Positions 24,148 through 38,069 of a DNA stretch of 64,000 bases are shown piece by piece. Source of the DNA: Octopus vulgaris. Its lineage: Eukaryota. A program made the translations under genes and the position numbers. Numbering within the stretch: the first letter of the stretch is position 1; every line of letters begins with the position of its first letter. The notes under the pieces were generated by a model. That model saw only the letters and a program-made list of their open reading frames with translations, searched no databases and was not told where the DNA came from. The stretch is taken from NCBI GenBank assembly GCA_951406725.2, contig OX597820.1, forward strand, positions 34,286,001 through 34,350,000. Reading direction: 5' to 3'.

Positions 24148-24151
<4 letters not shown>
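23950..24151 (+). mobile_element. Hammerhead-bearing repeat abutting (TA)n (Penelope pLTR / retrozyme-like)
   Basis: 24019-24053 reads gttt-CCGACGA-a-gagc[tct]gctc-GAAA-tgtt-aaac. The repeat ends ggattaac|(TA)n and is homologous to 37081-37320 on the minus strand. Confidence 0.7.
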
Positions 24152-24207
<56 letters not shown>

Positions 24208-24309
24208 CAATTGAGGATAAAATCTTTATAAGAAATTATCAGTAGTTAGCGTGAAAAACCTCGTAAGAGAAAAAATCCGTAAATTTTTCCACTTTGAAAA
24301 TATTTATTT

Positions 24310-24630
24310 ATATTATATTGAGGGTACTACTATTCATAGATACCGCATGCTAAGAGGGACCAATGCAGTCAAAACTACTAAAATATACAAAATTTTACCG
24401 AATGCGTTATGATTTTTCTTATATGTCTTGAGTTTGTTGCACTGATGAACATAGAATGCATATTCTGCATTAATTGCGAAATCACAGGTGATATGTAACT
24501 AAATTCTTTTTTTAAATGACTTGCTTTGAAGTTTTGCATTCGGTAAAATTTTGTTTATTTTAGTAGTTTTGACCGCATTGGTCCCTCTTAGCGTGCGGTA
24601 TCTATGAATAGTAGTACCCTCAATATAATA
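24310..24630. repeat. ~95-bp inverted repeat element inside a (TA)n tract
   Basis: tattatattgagggtactactattcatagataccgc...aaaattttaccgaatgc (about 24311-24405) pairs with its reverse complement at about 24536-24630. Confidence 0.9.
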
Positions 24631-26182
24631 TATATATATATATATATATGTAAATATATATATATGTAAATATACATATGTCTGTGTATCATAGTTTTAA
24701 TATCCACTTTTCTATGCTTGCATGAGTTGGGCAGATTTTCTACTGCCAGATGTCCTTTCTTTTGCCAACCCCACTCATTTTTTAAAGCAGTATAATGTTT
24801 CTCTGATGGTTAGGTGTGCTTGTGCAGAATATTGGAAATAAGTGACAGTGACTGTATAACAGCTACAATCATTTACTACTATGTCAAAGTAAGGAGAGAG
24901 AGAGAGAGTGAGACACATACACACATACATTTCCTGGCCATCTAATAGTTCTGCCAGTCCCTGGATTTGTACTTTTTTTTCATGAACCCTGAAGGGATGA
25001 AAGGAGAAGTTGATGTTGGCAGGATTTGAACTCAGGACATAGTGAGTTGGTGCAGATATTGCTATGTGTTCTATCCAATGTGCTAATGACTCTGTTAGTT
25101 CATCAGCCTGGATTTGGATTAACAGCAGAACAGTAGCGGCTTGTCTATAGGTGCTGTGGAACTACAGCACCGTCTATTTCCACTTGATATTGTTGATAAC
25201 ATTCACTATAATGAGTCCTTTTTTTCTTTAATTCTTACTTGTACATTATATAATCCTTAAGCTTAATGTCAGTAGCCATCCCCTAGTTTATGAAAAATAC
25301 AAAAATCCTTGTATAGAACCGTGTCCTTCACAGTCCCAGTGACACGGTGTTGTGCACATGCTCACATGTTTGAGATAGGAAGCTTCATACTACAGGGAGA
25401 GAGCACTGTGTGAATGACAGTACTGACTTTTGTGTTCAAGTGAAAGGTAGTGTTTCTTTTTGATTCCACATGTGTTGCGCTTAAAAATGTATTTATATTC
25501 TTGAATGTGATAAAGTGTAGAATGAGACTATTATCCCTGCTTCCAGCTTCAGTGTTACTGTCAGGATTTGAAAAAATAGGGCACCCCTCACAATTTAGGG
25601 GGTGGTTTTGAAAAACAAGGGAGAATTCGCAGTGGTGTTTGGTGAACAAATTAAACACACTACCCAGCAGTGGCTAAAATGCGAACCAATCACGTTTATG
25701 TATAAATTTTCTTTTTATATGTTTGTTTCCTTTTACACAATATTAAAACAATGGCTAAACATTTTCTGAAGCAGCACACCCCACTAATTTTATCTACAAG
25801 CCCATACTGCAACAGAATGATAGTTTCTGAGGTATACTTTCTTAAAATGAACACACTAGCATAGAGGATAGGATTGAAAGAAAAAAGGCTGGATCTAAAC
25901 TTGCAAAGGTAGTTGGGCTCTAGCCATGAAATGTGGCAGTATAAACCAAACCAATGCAAATGATGGGATTGAAATAATAAACATGATTGGGCCAAATCTA
26001 AAAAATGGTTATGGGCCTAAACTAGCAGCAAAGGTGATACTGTAAATGACACCCACAAAGTTGATGGAATCAAAATACTAAACATTGATGCACATGTAAA
26101 ATACATTGTGGGCCCCAAACAGTAAGGATAGTAAGAACAACAGTCAAGGTTTGTAAATACCAAACTACAATCTAGTAAAGGT

Positions 26183-26510
26183 CAAGGAGCACTCTGTCGG
26201 TTACAACGATGAAGGTCCTGGCTGATATGATCAACGGAACAGCTTGCTCGTGAAATTAACATGCAAGTGACTGAGTATTCCAAAGACATGTGTACCCTTA
26301 ACGTAGTTCTCAGGGAGATTCAGTGTGACACAAAGTATGACAAGGCTGGCCCTTTGAAATACAGATGCTACTTATTTTTGCCAGCTGAGTGGACTGGAGC
26401 AACGTGAAATAAAGTGTCTTGCTCAAGGACACAACATGTCGCCAGGAATTGAACTCACGACCTTACAACCATGAGCCAAATGTCCTAACCACTAAGCCAC
26501 GCACCTTCAC
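26183..26510 (-). mobile_element. tRNA-derived SINE, family E
   Basis: Minus strand reads ggtgcgtggcttagtggttagg...gagttcaattcc...ccttgagcaagacac; related to 60711-61165 and 59975-60200. Confidence 0.85.
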
Positions 26511-27631
26511 TAGTAAAGGTAATTGGGCAGTAATTGGGCAACTACCTCAAATGTAGTTTAGATGACTGTCCTTCAGTTAGTGGGTCAGATGAGAATATGC
26601 CTCTGTGACCCTGTTTCAGTTTTGGCTCTTTACAAACCACCAACAGCATTAGCAGTATGAGGACATCCATTCAGAGACTCTCAGACCCCACTGCACTTTG
26701 CTCAGTCTCTTTTGTCAGGAAATTAAAACTAAACCATTGCTGTAATTTGCTTTACCCGCTCTACCTTGCCAGCCACCTCCTCACTTTCTATATCCCTTGC
26801 AATCTCTCTCAAAACCAATCAGCTACCTCTGTTTCTGTTTCTCTCCTCAGTTAGCTATGTTTGACTGTCTATCCTCTCTCTCTTCCCCACTCTCTCTCTC
26901 TCTTACTCTATCAATCAATCTATCTATGTTGGTCTGTCTCTCCCTGTCCAGCTCACCATACTTAACCATTTTGTCTCTCTATTTGCTTGTCTCTCCTTCT
27001 TTAGCTATCTATCTCCGTCTCTCTCTCTCTGATTGTATGTATGATTCTCTGGCCACTTACCACTCTCTCTTCACAACATCCTTCCCCTCTTTCTCCCCTA
27101 CTTTTTTTAATTTCCTCCTCATCTTCTTTATAGACTTCATCTCTTCCCACCGCCAATCAATTTCTCCACCCTCCTTCCTTGACTCTACTGCCACCCTTTT
27201 CTCAAGCTGTGTCTCTGTCCACTCATTAATTAAAGAGTCAGTTCATTTGCTCACTTCTCCTGGATTAGGATTTCCTCCTTTCATTATTTCAGTTTTCTAA
27301 TTATTCCTTACTTTTAGATCTGCATGTCTGTCTGCCCATCCATATGTCTGCACATCTATCACTTCCTATTCTCATTTTTGTTCTTTTTATCTTTTCTCTC
27401 CTCCAGCCATCTCCGTCCTCCACTCACCTCCCTCTTCCACTTATCTTTCTCCTCCAGTCATCTCCTCCTCTGGTCATTTCACTTCTCCAGCTTTTTCAAC
27501 TCCAGAAAGATAAAAGGCAGAGTTGACCATTCTAAGATTTGAACTCAGAACATAAAGAGCTAAAACAAATATTTCAAATCATTGTTTATTCCAATAATCT
27601 AACAATTGTGCCAGCTTATTACCTTCATAAA

Positions 27632-28995
27632 AAATGAGAATTATTAAAAGAAAAAAATGATTTTTTATATTTGTCACTTGAGTATAATTGGTATCTAAGA
27701 ACAATAGATGAGGTGGGATATTACAGAGAGGAGAGGTTAAAAGAGATTGTATGTTCCAACATTACTGCACTTTACATCATCATCATCGTTTAATGTCCGC
27801 TTTCCATGCTAGCTTGGGTTGGACGATTTAACTGAGGTCTGGCGAACCAGATGGCTGCACCAGACTCCAATCTGATCTTGCAGAGTTTCTACAGCTGGAT
27901 GCCCTTCCTAACGCCAACCACTCCGAGAATGTTGTGGGTGCTTTTACGTGCCACCAGCATGAGGGCCAGTCACGTGGTACTGACAACGGTCACGCTCAAA
28001 TGGTGCTTTTTATGTGCCATCTGCACAGGAGCCAGTCCAGCAGCACTGGCAATGACCTCGCTCGAATGTTTTTTCACGTGCCACCAGCACAAGTGCCAGT
28101 AAGGCGACACAGGTAATGATCACACTTGAATGGTGCTTTTTACGTGCCATCAGCACGGAGGCCAGTTTGTTGCTCTGGCAACGATCACGCTCGGATGGTA
28201 CTCTTAGCGCTCCACTAGCACAGATGCCAGTCATCGAATTTGATTTCAATTTCGATTTCACTTGCCTCAACAGGTCTTCGCAAGCAGAGTTTAGTGTCCA
28301 ATGAAAGAAAGGTAGTCTGATGAAATGAGAATTATAAAAAAAAAAATGATTTCTTATATTTGTCACTGGAGTATAATTGGTAGAGATGAGGTGGGATATG
28401 ACAAAGAGGAGAAGTTAACAGAGATTGTATGTTCCAACGTTACTACACTTTACAGTCTGATGAAATGAGGCATATTACAGAGATGAGAGGTTAACAGAGA
28501 CTATGTTTTACTATTACCACATTTCACGCTGTCTGATGAAATGGGGGGCATTATAGAGAAGAGAGGTTAATAAAAACTGTGTGTTTTAATATTGCTACAT
28601 ATCAGATGTCTGTGAAGTGGGACGTACATTATTGAGAGGAAAGTTTAATAAAGAATATATATCTTGATATTACCACATTTCACACTGTTTGATGAAATGG
28701 GAGACATTATAGAGAAGAGAGGTTAATAAAAACTGTATGTTTATTGTTACACATGAGGTGTCTGTGAAGTGGGGGGTACATTATAGAGAGGAGATGTTAA
28801 TACAGGACATATGTCTTAATATTGCTACATTTCACATGTCTTCTGAAGTGGGGGACTTTATAGGGAAGAGAGGTTAATAAAGATTATATGTCTTAATATG
28901 ACCACACTTTATGTCTAATGAAGAGGGGGATATTACAGGAAGGAGAGTTTAAAAAGGATTATATGTTTTAGTATTGCCACACTTCACATGTCTGA
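27632..28995. repeat. Degenerate ~75-bp tandem array interrupted by a family C element
   Basis: Units of tctgatgaaatggg...attatagagaagagaggttaa...attaccacatttcac. 27632-27776 is duplicated at 28325-28454. Confidence 0.85.
27776..28312 (-). mobile_element. Retroposon family C, long copy
   Basis: (CAT)n tail and internal tandem ggtgctttt(t)acgtgccacc subrepeats; colinear with 38070-38545. Confidence 0.85.
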
Positions 28996-29599
28996 TGCTA
29001 CAGGTTCGATAGTAATTCAACTGCACCAAATGATTTGCCATTCATACTGACATTAAGAAATAATATAGGAAACTAAATTCTTATGCATACATACACACAT
29101 ATATGCACACACACACACACAATGCACACATATACATTCACATTCATTCATTCATTCATTCATTCATTCATACATACATGTATTCACACAAACTTCTACA
29201 TTCATGCATATATCCACACATACAGATATACATTCACACATACACATGCATATACTTATTTACACACACACATACACATGCACACACACACACACACACT
29301 TTGACACACATCGACATAAACAAGCATGCACATATGAATTTATAGATCTGTGCACACGCATGCATCTACACACACACACACATATATACATACATACGCA
29401 CAGAGTTTCCTGTCTACTCAACTGTGTAATCTAAGTGTAAATATAGATTTAGTGTGAAAATGTCTGTTATTGAAAATGTTCTTGTTGTTGCTGTTGTTGT
29501 CGTCGTTGTTGCTGTGATTGTTGCTGTTGTTACTGTTTAGTAATCCCAGCCAGTAATGTGTGAATAATTCTCTGACAAAACTCTCTCTCTCTCTCTCAC

Positions 29600-30350
29600 A
29601 CACACATATGCAAAATACACATTGCTATACACATATACAGATTGATGCAGACATGCGCACACACACACTGATACACAAACACTCACACATTACTATTGAT
29701 ACACAAACACTCACACATTACTATTGATACACAAACACACACAAAACACAAACTCACACATGCAATACTACACAAATACACACAAGAACCATACACGTAC
29801 ACAATGTACTACATACACCCACAAAACACATGCATGCATGCACACACACACACACACACAGTACTACACATTCAACCAGAAGCTGTGCTGCATACATGCT
29901 GTGCTACACATGCACACACACTCATACAGTGTCACACATATGCATTCACACAAACTATGCTACACACACACACAGTACTACACATACACACACACTCACA
30001 CAGTACTATTCATAGATTCACACAAACTATGCTACACACACACACACACACACACACAGTACTACACATTCACACAAGCTGTGCTACACACACTCATACA
30101 GTGTCACACATATACATTCATACAAACTATGCTACACACACACACACACAGTACTACACATACACACATGCTGTGCTACACATACACACACACTCACACA
30201 GTACTACTCATAGATTCACACAAACTATGCTACGCACACACACACACACAGTACTACACATACACACATGCTGTGCTACACAAGCACATACACTCACACA
30301 GTGCTACACACATTCACCGTGCCACACACATACACACACACAGCTACACA
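29600..30350. repeat. CA-rich compound minisatellite
   Basis: Recurring cagtactacaca / caaactatgctacaca / gctgtgctacaca units in (CA)n. Confidence 0.9.
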
Positions 30351-33175
30351 GGCAATGCTAAACCAATCAATTGTTATGAAACATCTTGTCTTCTATAGAT
30401 TCAGTATATTGGATATGTCATCTTCTCACATAGATCTGGGATTATAAACCACCACCACCACCACCACCACCATCACCACACTACCGCCGCTACCACTGTG
30501 TGGTTGGGGGATGAAGAGGGCAGCAGTTTTGATGGTTATGGTGTTGGTTGTTGTTGTTGTTGTCAGGGTGGTGGTGGTAATAATAATGATGATGGCAGTG
30601 ATGGTGGTAGTTGATGATTGCATCCATGATGGTGATGATAGTTGCGCTGGTGGTGGTGATAGTTTTGGTGGTGGTTGCAGTGGTGGTGATGATGTTGGTG
30701 GTGGTGGTGATAGGGATGGGGGGAGCATGAATGGTTTTTGTGGTGGTGAGGGTTTTAGTGATAGAAGTGATGGTGTTGGAGGTAGTGGTGGTGGTGGTGG
30801 TAGTGCAACAGAGTGCTTTAATTAGTAAATATAATGATGATAATGATGCTGATAATATTGGAGTTGGCTGGTTAATGATGGAAATAAGGATTAAGGTAAA
30901 AATGGTGGTAGTGGTGATGGTAGCAATGGGTTGATGGGAATTGTGAGAACAGTGGTCTTGCTGTTGTTTGACCCCAGGTTGACCCTTATCAAACAAACTT
31001 ATGATTAAAGGCATTCCAGCCATGACCAACTCGTCTTTTTTCCAAGGAGCAAAAATGTATCCAGCTTCACATATCTAACATACCATGGTAAGGTATCTGG
31101 CTTGAGAGAGATTTAGCTGCTATTTCTTACGGGTCAAGTAGCCATGTAGACGTTCCTTTCCTCATTGGATCACTTGATGATAATTATTGTAGTGATGATG
31201 ATGGTGGTGATGAGGACGATGATGATTATGATGACGAAGATTATGTTGACAGTGATGATGATACTGATGATATGGTGGTGATATCTTCCAATTTAGCTAA
31301 CCACTGAGTCGTTAGCAGTTATGAATGGTCATCCAGTCGTAAAATTAATTGCCTTAACAATAACACATCGAAATTCACACCCACCATCTCCTTCACTTTG
31401 CAATGACAAAAAAAAAAAATGAAAATGATATTAAGATAGTCACATGACATACCACCATTCCTCATCTCTGTTCTAACATAGAAATATGGAGAGACAGAAC
31501 TGTGGAACGTGCAATACAAGATTGCAAGAAGAACTGAAGAATAATGTATTATTTTATATTATTTTATTCTGTTTTATTTATTTTATTTTTGTTTGATTGT
31601 TTGAGGAGTCTGGGGGAAGGAACAGTGGTCACGACTCGTGCTGGCCTGTCGAGTCTGTGAGTCTGACACTGTTAATGTTTTGGTCAAACCTGTTGCAGGT
31701 CAAAATGTGAAAAAGAGGAAGAGACATGAAAAAAGGAGAAGGTTCCAGGGGAGGTGATGATGATCTGAGAAATTAAGGAATGGGTATTATGATTGGTGGT
31801 GGTGGTGGATGCAGCTAGGACGAGGAGAGGTGGGGAGAGACAAGATGAGTGGGTAGGGAGTGTTTTTGTTGGAAGTATAAGAATAACCATATCCAGGGAA
31901 CATAGGCTGTTGTGACACCAATAGGGTGTTTAGCCCTAGGTTAGTCCTGGTAAAGCATACTATATGATCAAAGCGACAGTCCATCAATGATATGATGTGT
32001 TGCAGTCATTTGGGATATCCCATGAAGAGTTTAGTTAAACAGATCTACCCTAGCACTTATTCTGTTGGTCGGTTTTGCTGAATTGCTAAGTTATGGGAAT
32101 GTAAACTAACAAAATCTGGTTGCCAAGCAGTGGTGGTGGGGCAAACATAAAGATAGACATACACACACACAGAGGTTTCTTTCAGTTTCCATCTACCAAG
32201 TCCATTCACATGGCTTTGCTCAGCCCACAAGCTATAGTAGAAGAAACCTGCCCAAGGTGATGTGCAGGGGAACTGAACCCAAGGCTTTAAGGTTGAGAAG
32301 CAAGCTTTTTAATCTTTGCTTTTTTTTTTCTTTTTTTTTCTGCAGACATGTAGTCCTACATATAGCAATGTAATCAAATGCATCTTTTTCTTTTCTTTTG
32401 TTTTTAACATGTTAGGGTAGAATTGAAGGGTGATTTGTGTGTTTATGTCGATGTAACTTAGCAGTGTGGCAAAAGATACCAACAGAATAAGTACTAGGCT
32501 TAAAAAAGAATAAGACCTGGGGTTGATGTCTTTGACTAAAACTTTTAAAGGCGGTGCTCCAGCATGGTCACAGTCAAATAATTGAAACATGTAAAAGCAT
32601 AAAAGAATAAAGGACACCCACACACATCGTGTGAGTGTGTGTGTGTGTGTGAGTGAGAGAGAGAGAGAGAGTATATGCAATAAACTTAACTGATCACCAG
32701 GTTAACATCATCATGTGGTGTTTTAGTGTCTTTTGCAAAGTCCACTCTCTTAGAAGTATTTGGGCCATAGCATCCTATTTTTGCCGGCGTCAGTCTTAAA
32801 TTCAAGGCCCTATTTTAGGCCAATGGTTCCTACCTCTGACCTCTCACTTTTCCTCTTCCTCCTCCTCCTCCTCACTCTCTCCATCCTCCCCGTTACAAAG
32901 TTATACAATCAAATAAGGATCAATACTACAGACTATTATGTCAACACCATAAGTCTTGTTGTGAATTGAATCCTTCACTAGTTGCTGACATGGCCTCAAA
33001 TTGTGTCAGGTCCCCTTTCCTTCTCCCTCCATAGCTTTTTTATATTGCTGGATGGTTAGTGGGGGGTGGTGGGGTGGAGAGGAGAAGTCGGTCATTTACA
33101 TCTCCAAACATTTCTCTGATTTTAATTTATGGCAGCAATCTCAGTATCACCTGTTGCACTGGAGATATGTGTGTA

Positions 33176-33223
<48 letters not shown>

Positions 33224-33661
33224 TGTACATAAATAGTTAGATATACATGTGTTTGTGTATACATACACAATGTCTGTGTGCTTGTTTATATTTATGGTGT
33301 CTTTGTGTATGGCCCAGTGGTTAAAGTGTCAAGCTAACAATCATGAGGTTCCGAGGTCGATCCCTGGACTGGGCTGTGTGTTGTGTTCCTGAGCAAGACA
33401 CAGCTGGTGCCAAGCTGTATTGGCTAACATTGGTGGCATGAGGAGGGAAGGCTGGTATTCACGTGCAACGGCTGGTCTTCCATAGACAACTTTGCTCAGA
33501 CTTGTGCCTTGCAAGGTAACTTTCTAGATGCTGTCTCATGGTCATTCATAACTGAAGGGGATCTTTACCATATATACATACATACATATACACACACACA
33601 CATAAATATATAAACATATATATATATATATATATATGTATGTATATGTATATATATATAT

Positions 33662-33809
33662 AATTAAAAATGAGGGTGACTGAGAGACACCACCATGCCG
33701 AAATAGCAGTCGAAACTCTGACTATAAAAACCACTACCTTTGTACGGTATTCTTTCCCATGCTGGCCACTTGATAATATCGATATTTAAATATCGATATT
33801 ATCCTCATT

Positions 33810-33815
<6 letters not shown>
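33662..33815. repeat. Small insertion in (TA)n with short inverted ends and a perfect 32-bp palindrome
   Basis: aaaatgagg / cctcatttt ends. gataatatcgatatttaaatatcgatattatc at 33772-33803 is its own reverse complement. Confidence 0.7.
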
Positions 33816-33863
<48 letters not shown>

Positions 33864-34239
33864 TAAAAACATAAATGTACACACACACATATATATATTG
33901 CATAAAAGATTGTGAGTAAGGCTAAAACAATGCCAAGTAAATGCAAGGTAAATCGCATATATATATATATATATGTGAGTGGATTTGCTTGATGGACACT
34001 GAAAGTAGCTCCTCGTATGTGTGTGTGTGTGTGATGTATACTTTTATCTACTTTGGTATTGACGCTTTCCTTGCCATGTCCATCTTTCCACAGTCTCTTT
34101 ACATACTTCATTCTTAATTAGTGTTTGTTTCCTCCCGTTATAAGCAAAACACAAATCTGGCAGATGCACAATGTAAGGATACACTTTTGAAGCAGGTGTG
34201 AGGAAGTGCTGCCCGTCTAATGTTTGAAATTGCAAATAT

Positions 34240-35111
34240 CATTCTTTTATTTGTTTCGGTCACTTAACTGTGACCATGCTGGAGCACGGCCTTGAAGGGT
34301 TTTGGTCAAACAAATCGACCTCAAGATTTATTTCTTGAGGCTAGTACTTATTCTAGCAGTCTCTTTTACTGAACCGTTAAGTTACGGGGACATAAGCACA
34401 CCAGTACCAGTTGTCAAGCAGTGATGGGGTGGGGGGGAGGGGCAAACAAAGACACACATATATACGTGACAAGCTTCTTTCTGTTTCCACCTATGAAATC
34501 GACTCACAATGCTTTGGTCGGTCCGAGGCTATAGTAGAAGACATTTGCCCAGAGTGCTACACAGTGGAATTGAACCCGGAACCATGTGGTTGGCATGCTA
34601 GTTCCTTACCACGCAGCCACTCCTGTACCTCTATGTAAATATTCAATTGAAACTTTTGCATAAATTGGAGTTGAAAGCAGAATTGGTACAGAAACAACAG
34701 TAACTGATCATTAGAGATGTGTTAGAGTAGAGTTTTCTATGGCTGAGTGTCCTTCCTGGTACCAATCTTCACTTGTTTCCAAGAAAGGTAGTAATCCCTC
34801 AGTTAGTCAAACAAAAAGCAAGCCAGACATGGTTATGTAGAGAACTGAAAATGAATGTGAGTTTGTATGTATATAGATGTATATATATATGTGTGTGTGT
34901 ATTGTTTTATCCTTTTACCTGTTCCAGTCATTTGACTGTGGCTATGCTAGATCACTGCCTTTAGTCGAGCAAATTGACCTGAGGACTTATTCTGTGTGAG
35001 CCTAGTACATATTCTATCAGTTCCTTTTGCCTAACTGCTAAGTTACAGGGACGATAAACACACTAATATCGGTTGTCAAGCAGCGGTGGGGAGACAAACA
35101 TATCCACACAC

Positions 35112-35166
<55 letters not shown>

Positions 35167-35547
35167 CGACGGGCTTCTTTCAGTTTCCATCTACCAAATC
35201 CACTCACAAGGCTCTGGTTGGCCTGAGGCTATAGTAGAAGACAAGAGCCCAAAGTGCTACACAGTGGGACTGAACCTGGAACCACGTGATTTGTAAGCAA
35301 GCTACTTACTACAGAGCCACTACTGCACCTGTAATATGTACATATATTCTTTTATTCTTTTACTTGTTTCAGTCATTGAACTGTGGCTATGCTGGAGCAC
35401 TGCCTTTAGTTGAAGAACTCAACCGCAGGGCTTATTCTTTGTAAGCCTAGCACTTATCATATCGGTCTCTTATGCTGAACAGCTAAGGTACATGGATGTA
35501 AACACACCAATATTGGCTGTCAAGAGATGGTAGTGGGACACACAAAC

Positions 35548-35579
<32 letters not shown>

Positions 35580-35716
35580 GACGAGCTTCTTTCAGTTTCC
35601 ATATATCAAATCCACTCACAAGGCTTTGTTCAGCCCAAGGTGCCATTTGGTGGAACTGAACCCAGAACCACATGGATGGGAAGTAAGCTTTTTACCACAC
35701 AGTCATGCCTGCACCT
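34240..35716 (-). mobile_element. Three family B SINE copies (about 34240-34630, 34905-35330, 35345-35716)
   Basis: Each is a reverse complement of 21763-22156. Confidence 0.85.
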
Positions 35717-36023
35717 GATCCTAAGAAACATGATTTGTGGAAACATGTGTACCAATGCATTAAGATATTAATAAATTCTATCCAAGGATTGTTATTACTA
35801 TGTGTGTGTATGTGTGTGTGTGTGTGTGTGTGTGTACACATATACATATGAACACACATTCCATAATTGATGCTTTATATAGCTATTATTGTAGTTACTG
35901 TAAAGGTAGCATATTTTCAAGATGCTGCTTGTGGTTCATAACACCTGAAGACATTGGTGTAAATGCCCTCCACTCCTACTCCCTCCAGCTCATTCCCTGC
36001 TGTTGGTGGTGATGGTATGATAT

Positions 36024-36252
36024 GGTGAGCTGGCAGAATCGTTAGCACGCCGGGCGAAATGCTTAGCGGTATTTCGTCTGCCATTACGTTCTGAGTTCAA
36101 ATTCTGCCGCGGTCGACTTTGCCTTTCATCCTTTCGGGGTCGATAAATTAAGTACCAGTTACGTACTGGGTCGATGTAATCGACTTAATACCTTTGACTG
36201 TCCTTGTTTGTCCCCTCTATGTTTAGCTCCTTGTGGGTAATAAAGAAATAGG
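36024..36252 (+). mobile_element. SINE family A, full monomer
   Basis: Near identical to the units at 3942-4576, with CpGs retained. Confidence 0.9.
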
Positions 36253-36832
36253 TATGGTGGCAGTGGAGGCCTTCTCTCTGCCCTCTACCACACTGCCACC
36301 ACCACCCACCAATTTAGACTGATGAATACCTTTAGTTCCTGGTCAATAAACCCTCTCTCCTCCTTATCCTCCTCTCCCAGTCCAAATGAGAGCTTTGATG
36401 TGGTGGCGATGGGTATGAGGAGGTGGCAGAGGGAGCAAGAACAGGTGCTTGATTTATCTTATATCATCCTATTTGGTGACTGAATAAATCATTGGAAAGA
36501 GTTGGGGGTCGGTTTCCATGTAATAATTATCTTCTGGTACTGTTCAGGAGAGTTACTGAATCATTCTAAATGTCCCATCCAGCCATATGAAAGTGTGTGT
36601 ATGTGCATGTGCATCTATTGTATTCACATACCTGTTGAATATATGTGTGTGTGTGTGTGTATTTTTTGTTCCTTCTCGAGCCACGCCTGGCTCATAGGGC
36701 CAGTTTCCTGGTTTCCTTGGCGTGTGGAGCTTTGGTGTTTCGCTCACAAACACACACATCGCTCAGTCTGAGATTCGAATCCGCAATCCCTCGACTGCGA
36801 GTCAGCTGCTCTAACCACTAGGCCATGTGTCC

Positions 36833-36879
<47 letters not shown>

Positions 36880-37080
36880 TATAAAGTCAAATAAAAAAAA
36901 TGGAGGATGCTTAGCTCATTTTATTTGTATCACAGTGGAAAAGTAATGCAAATTAAAAGGTATTAAGAATCCCTTATGGGGAAATTGCTTGCTGAAATTG
37001 TGTGTGTGTATACACACACATGCATGCACTCACACATATATATATATATATATAATGATGATGAGATATATATATATATA

Positions 37081-37320
37081 GTTAATCCAAACATGAAAAC
37101 ACAAAGAGAAACACAACAACGCGAGGGTGTGGAACAAGTATAGTGTTATTGGATGCTTAGGAAAGGAAAGTAAGGAGGAGGATTTAACGTTTCGAGCCGA
37201 GCTCTTCGTCAGAAACATAGAAAAAAGGAAAGGTCCAAGGAAGGGAAGATGGAGAAATAAAACTGACAATGATACACACGCGGTCACATATTGAATGACC
37301 GGAAGAAAATGGGTAAAGAA
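37081..37320 (-). mobile_element. Hammerhead-bearing repeat abutting (TA)n, second copy
   Basis: Homologous to 23950-24151, with the same ggattaac|(TA)n end. Confidence 0.75.
37182..37216 (-). ncRNA. Minimal type I hammerhead ribozyme motif with intact core
   Basis: gttt-CTGACGA-a-gagc[tcg]gctc-GAAA-CG-TT-aaat. It has CUGANGA, a 4-bp stem II, GAAA, a palindromic ACGU stem III and a GUU cleavage triplet. Confidence 0.75.
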
Positions 37321-37398
37321 AAAGTTCTTTTAAAGACAGGAGAGTGCAAGAGAAGGAGGTATGTGCATGCGCGCAGGTCTGTGTGTGTGGTTGTGGCT

Positions 37399-37434
<36 letters not shown>

Positions 37435-38069
37435 ACTCTTCCGTTAAAGATGACATATGAGCAATGAAGTATTGTTGAATGACCTACACAAATGATTTCT
37501 TTATAGTGATCAAATGCTTGTGCTGCACATTAGCTCACTTCCTCCATCAAATCAATATTGTCTGAACAGGTGCAAGGTGTACCACGTATCAGGTGTCGGA
37601 GTGATCGCAGAGCAATGTCAGATGAAGTGTTTTGCTCGGGAACACAATACGCCACCCGATCCAGGAATTGAAGTCATGATCTAGTGATCATGAGTACAAC
37701 GCCTTAACCACTAAGCCATGTGCCCTCACATATATCTGTGTGTGTCTAGGCATGGCTGTGTGTGTTTCCCTCTCACTGCTTGACAACTAGTGTTTTGTTT
37801 ATGTCCCTTTAACTTAGTGGTTCTGCAAAGGATACCATTAAAATTAGATCCAGGTTTAAAAAAAACAAAAAACTACTGGGGTCAAATCATTCAACTAAAA
37901 TTTCATCAAGGCTGTGCCCCAGCATGGCTGTAGTGTAATGATTGAAAAAAGGACATATCTATCTATGTTATCTGTCTGTTCACATATATATTATTCACAT
38001 GTATGACTGTAGGTATATTGAGTTCATATTTATGTTGCACACACACACACACACACATATATATAGATA

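Noticed and set aside
28315-28995. CRISPR-like array or tandem hammerheads (several CTGATGA)
   Set aside because: Whole units are homologous with no unique spacers and no cas genes. CTGATGA is followed by aatg with no stem II-GAAA.
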